A DNA stretch of 64,000 bases from Eledone cirrhosa (Eukaryota): positions 48,298,001-48,362,000 of the forward strand of contig OZ024749.1 in assembly GCA_964016885.1 (NCBI GenBank). The letters run 5' to 3'. Shown one piece after another: positions 58,539 to 64,000 of this stretch; position 1 is the stretch's first letter, and the number at the start of each line of letters is the position of its first letter. Position numbers and translations under genes: made by a program. The notes below the pieces were generated by a model, which worked only from the letters and a program-made list of their open reading frames with translations, was not told the origin of the DNA and made no database searches.

Positions 58539-58770
58539 CTAGGGCGGGTACAATTCCCGAGATCCAGGGACAAGTTCTCACCAGCGGTCTCTGTCCCTCA
58601 TTATCGCTGCCATGTCCTGCGTCTCCAACAGACAAGTCTTTTTCCTTAGGGTATCAACATACGTTAACATTGGTGTTCCTTTTCCAGTGTGTTCATGTAG
58701 GGGCTCCCACAGGAGCACTGAGTGCACTGTCAACTCTGGATGTCGGTGAGCATGTCCAGCTAACCTCAAT
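58539..58770 (-). mobile_element. RTE-clade LINE 3'-end fragment
   Basis: LRLAGHAHRHPELTVHSVLLWEPLHEHTGKGTPMLTYVDTLRKKT..MRDRDRW matches the RTE C-terminal pattern (L.LAGH..RH..LW.P.HG....GRP..TY.D.L..DT..M.DR..W). Confidence 0.87.
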
Positions 58771-60432
58771 CTGTGTGTGTGTGATAAAAATATGCAGATA
58801 TAGACCGTATACTTATAAGTAAGCTACAACTTAATGAAATATAATTTGAAAAGCAGGAAGGTATTAATCATTCAAATACTGTATATTATATCTTCAAGTG
58901 TGTGTGACCAAACAAAGAATCAATGTAACGATATATTACAATATTACACACTCACAATTTATCAAATTACGAAGCAATTAAGTTAAATTACACCCATCAA
59001 AGAAATTCATGTTATTGCATTTGAAACCCGCGTCTGTTAACTTCGAAATCATAGGATAGCTTGTTCTACTTATGCATTTCGAAAAACAAAAGTACACTCA
59101 CAAGTAAAACGCACACATAGGCAATCTTTTTCTGACAGCTTACTGGCGTGAATGACATAATTGAAACCACCAAGAAAGGCAAACATAAACGGGCTGGCAT
59201 ATTTCCCATTTCAGAGACAACAGGGTTACTATTAAATTGACAGATTGTACACGAATGCAGTAAATATGAAGCAGAGGATGTCCATATGCCAGATGTTGCG
59301 ATGATCTGTCCAGATACCTCAGCCCCACATGGCTCAATATAGCCAGATATATAATACGTTTAATTTTCATTGAATACTCCATTTTTCGTTCTGGTTCACA
59401 GCAAATATCTCGTTCGTATTTCAGGTATAGGAGAACTGAAGAGAGACGGATTAATAATAACTAAATATATATCTAACGAATTCCCCTACGAAACTATTCC
59501 CTTTCCCTCCGGAAAATATTATATAAAATATGTAATAGAAATGTTTTAAGATATTGTGTGAAAATTGAGATAGTGGGTTTACAGGATGAGAACCGGATGC
59601 TTGGAATGCATCCAGATAATAAAATATGGTTCCAGGAAATCTAAGAATCCCACGACTGTATATGGACGCAGACACGTTTGCAACAGACATTTTAACCACA
59701 TAAATATAGTTAAATTCCGGAGAATCCACAACAACTTCCAAAGCAATTTGAAAAGAAACTTGGCGTCTTTTCGCAAAAGTGTAAAACATTATATATATCA
59801 TCTGACAAATTAAAAAAGTATCGCAGTAGAGAGAAACGAACTTTTATGGAACTGACGGGAATCTAATTATAGTGGCATTTATTATTAGATGGAGGAAAAA
59901 ACATATCCTGCTCGTGTGATGAAAAACTATAGAAATTCTCGAACGCTTTTCCGGATTTCGTGATAACATGTATAAATTCACTACATTTAAGCTTTCGATT
60001 AACAAATCTGGTCAACATTGCAAAATCCACAATTATCATTGCAACAATTAGGGAATTGGATCTTAATATAATAAACCACGCTAGCAAATTTAAATCTAGT
60101 ATCTGTCAATGGTACGGAGGTGAAAATATTGAGGTGAATATTTTGTAAAAACTATGAATTCCTGAGATTTGTTTCAATTGTTTAAACATATATGAAAGAT
60201 AGGGAAATAGAAAGAGATAATAAGGGTTTAATATATTCTGTAGAATGTGTCTTTAATAATTTATCACTGGTAATGAAATTCCTTATTAACCTGGCAGAAA
60301 AAAGGCCAATACGAATAGCACAGGTGAAAATATGACGCATTCTTAAGATTTATCTCGATCGGCTTGCGCGGCAAAGTTTGCCGGCCAAAGTCCTCTCGTG
60401 TTATTATTTGTACGCTCTTTCCTACGTTCCTC

Positions 60433-60543
60433 TACACACTATGCGTCTCATTCTACATTTCTTCTTACATCTCTCTCTTCACCACCGGATCTGTTACCCG
60501 GATATTTACCCATCTGCATTGTTGAGGTTTCCAAAACGAACAA

Positions 60544-60548
<5 letters not shown>
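60433..60548 (+). repeat. Single-arm copy of family B ending at (TA)n
   Basis: CACCACCGGA.CTGTTACCCGGA.ATTTACCCAT.TGCATTGT.GAGG.TTCCAAA matches 18014-18125. Confidence 0.88.
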
Positions 60549-60586
<38 letters not shown>

Positions 60587-60792
60587 AACATTCGACAGCT
60601 GTGTCATCAAATTTACTTTACCGGAAGATGTTAGTTTCCTTCACTACTGATTTTCCCTTCAGTGATGAATCAGAAATGCATATACATATATATATATATA
60701 TGTGTATGTGTGGGGGGGTATGTGTGTATGTGTGTGTGTGCGTATGTATGTGTGGATGTGTGTGTATGTTTGTGTTTAGATATATGTATACC

Positions 60793-60850
<58 letters not shown>

Positions 60851-61662
60851 ACTAAATGATATTGCTCATCCGAGTTAATGAACAAACGCTTTGTTTTCAA
60901 AATTGTAACAATTTCCTGTTCATGCTTCGTTTAATATTGGATCTTCCTTCCTTTCTGAGACTCTTTCAATTTCATTTTCTTTTAAAAGAACACTTCCGAA
61001 ATTTCATTTCAGTTTCATTCAATACTTTCTCAAAATTGCTGTTTTATTTTATATTGTGAATTATTTTATTACATTTATATATTTGTTTAATATTAATTAT
61101 ATTATTTTTCGTGTTGCTTGTTGTTTTTTTTCTCAATTCTCTTCCATGTGATCAAATAATTAATGCCATGCCGTTTATTCCAATTTCAAGAATCTATTAT
61201 CAACTGTTGAAACAATATTGTGCATGGAATTGGCGAAGTTATGGTGAGCGTTTATACGGATATTGGCAATTGTATTTCTTGTGAGCAAAGAAAAGTTTTA
61301 ATAACGTGGAAGTCAAATGTTCCCCTCGTTTATTAGTTGAGTCCACTATCCAACTATCCGATTCTACATTACATGAGTCAAATTAATGTTGCACACTCAT
61401 TAGATATAATAGCCTCTCAGAAAAACGACACAAGCTCCACACAAGCATTTACGAATTAAAATTACATATAATTATCATTTCATGTCTTATGATGAGACAC
61501 ATATATTTCAGTCCCATTTTGAGAATTAACTTTAAATTAGCATGTTTAATCGCAACCTCACAAATCTCTCTCTCTCATTCTCTGAATGGAAGTGTACATA
61601 TACATATGAACATAGCACAACAATTCTGGTAAGATATCACTTTGACCATAACGCACCAGGTA

Positions 61663-61755
61663 ATAGGAAAAGAATCAAGAGCTCGACAGCTGAGCTCCGG
61701 ATCTAGCTGTCGAAACGGCCGGAGCTCTGCCATCGGTCGGGGTCCTGACTCTTTT

Positions 61756-61760
<5 letters not shown>
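61663..61760. mobile_element. Mini inverted-repeat element, family C
   Basis: ATAGGAAAAGAATCAAGA...TCCTGACTCTTTTCCTAT-(TA)n; the internal TAGCTGTCGAAACGGCCGGAGCTCTGCC is homologous to the minus strand of the 26.3-kb copy. Confidence 0.78.
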
Positions 61761-61828
<68 letters not shown>

Positions 61829-62151
61829 ATGTATGTGCATGCGTGTATTATATGTTGTGATAACCATTTAGATCGATGGTTAATTCATTTTCTTATATTA
61901 ATTAAATTGTATATTACGGTTAGGTCTACCTACTATTTGCGTTACCATGGTATGAATCGTTACAGGGATTTTATCAGGATTACAAATATAGATTACAGAT
62001 GGGAGTGCATTGCATCGAAACCTATAGATGTCGAAGCTATCAGCGAAGTTGTTATTAAGACAGGAAGTTTGAACGAAACTCTTGGTTATGCCAGAATTAC
62101 TCGGATGAGTAAGTGTATATTTTGGGTTCATGGATTATTTTATGTCCCACT

Positions 62152-62202
62152 AAATTTCAATATGTAAAATTTCAATATGTAAAATTTCAATATGTAAAAT
62201 TT
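62152..62202. repeat. 15-bp minisatellite, ~3.4 copies
   Basis: (AAATTTCAATATGTA)n. Confidence 0.92.
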
Positions 62203-63021
62203 ACATCAGTATTTCATGTGTAATTCATTCATCATATATCTAAACCTACCGCAATGTGCCTACTGCGTTTCAAGTGTTGTAATTATGTTCTATAATCATG
62301 TTGATGTATCATTCTGTAAAATAAGGTGATTGCATGAATTCACAATATATTACAGGATAGATGATTTGGTATATTTATATAACCAACTGCATGTGTTATT
62401 CCTCATGTTCAAGTGTGACTCAAGGGATGAATTTATTGTGCTCAGATATTTGGAGAAAGATGATACACAGAAAACAGAGTATATATTCACGTTCACGTTA
62501 TTTCTAGCTTAATCTTAGGATTACAGTATTCAATTCATGTTTTCAACCACCCTCATATCACGCAGAGAAAGTACTGAAATATTGCCGCTCTTTAGTGTAT
62601 TTTATTGCCACTCATCCAAAACGAAATCGATATGAATAAATGTTAACATAGCAAATATTAGAACGTTCCTGCTTCCATACCTTAGAAATTATATTGTTAA
62701 TTCGACGAGGAAAGTATGTTCTCTGGCTAACCCCTGTGAATCGATAACTAATTTCCTTCTCCTGTACTTTGTAGTTAATATCCTACAGGAAGGCAACTAT
62801 TTATTGAAGCCAAAAAGCAATATACCTGATGAAAAAGGCGACCATTTATACAAGGATTGTGTATGTTTACAAAGCTTCACGTTGTTAATTATATATACGT
62901 ATGTATGTTTATCGATGTATGTATATAAGCGTACACGTAACTATGAGCTCGTTTCTGTCTGCGTGTCTATATGAGCGTTCAGATGTATATAAGTATTTAA
63001 GATAACCACGTTTATGCGAAC

Positions 63022-63111
<90 letters not shown>

Positions 63112-64000
63112 TCATCTACCCGGGTGTGCAAGCCGCTATATGTGTGTGGGTAGAAGTAATAGAGATAGCTGATATTTACTTGCATGAATGATATATACTT
63201 ATGTAAATCACAAACACACACACACAAACATACCCCACCTCCTTATATATATATTCATCTCATATTCCAAGTAATTGCGCTATCATTATATTTTCAAAGA
63301 ACGAACTAAGCATTTTTTTTAATGTGCAACTCTTTGACAGACTATACTTGATTTCGTCTTACATTTGGAGAACCTTGTTTTATATGCCCTCCATCTTATA
63401 ACTCGTAATGGATAGCCTTGTATTTTTATTTTTATTCTTTAGGTTATGTGAAAATTGCTTCTTTCCTCCTTCAATTATCTAACTTTATAGGATGAAGGAA
63501 TTGTAGCCCGAGTAGAAATCTTTTCGCTTTCCTTCCTAATGCTAATGTAACCTGAAATAAAGCTATTTTGTTGAGGGGGATTTTACGACCTGTGATCAGA
63601 TAAGTGTGGTTTAAAGCTCAATTTCCGAGACATACTGCTTGTAGTGCTTGTTCCCACTGTGCATGCTTTGCTCTAATCTCCCTTGCATTTTCTAGTGTCT
63701 ATATGCACAAGGCTAGCCTTATATGACTTAACATTTTTGAGCGATTAGGAAGACGAATCGATGCCAAATAGAGAGCAGAAGCCCTGAAACTTTACATCAG
63801 GTGATCGTCTGAAATTCAGAAGGGAGACATAGGCTAACAATTTTCAATTGATCACACTGCTTTGTAGACTAAGGCTGTGGCATTTACTAGAACAAAGAAT
63901 TTGGTTTACCACCCAAGTAGTAATGACTTATGTCTGTCTGAATTCATCACCTATTTTCCTTCTCTTTAGTTACTCCTGTCGCGTCAGCTCCTACATCTGG

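Noticed and set aside
62152-62202. CRISPR-like repeat
   Set aside because: Head-to-tail tandem without spacers, in a eukaryotic context.

Overview
AT-rich, microsatellite-dense eukaryotic DNA with no confidently intact gene. The SINE family and the (TA)n/(CA)n/(ATG)n load suggest a coleoid cephalopod such as Octopus; this is recognition from memory, not a search result. The window holds a decayed Penelope-like retroelement (PLE; RT plus GIY-YIG, minus strand, ~99-2290) interrupted by a tRNA-derived SINE, about nine further SINE copies or fragments, and 3' fragments of RTE-clade LINEs. The most striking structure is a set of about ten fold-back (palindromic) inserts docked at (TA)n tracts, from several unrelated families. 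Two families carry minimal type-I hammerhead ribozyme (HHR) motifs in both arms. One family has a canonical CUGAUGA/GAAA core with compensatory stem-II changes between loci (2.4-2.8, 43.7-44.0, 47.1-47.6 kb); the other has a U3-A8 variant core (31.5-31.8 kb). Two other palindromes are centred on a (TA)n tract, suggesting microsatellite snap-back duplication. A speculative, phase-consistent 4-exon model for a small secreted protein with in-frame TAG codons lies on the minus strand at 52.4-59.2 kb. Most ORFs in the supplied track are microsatellite artefacts.
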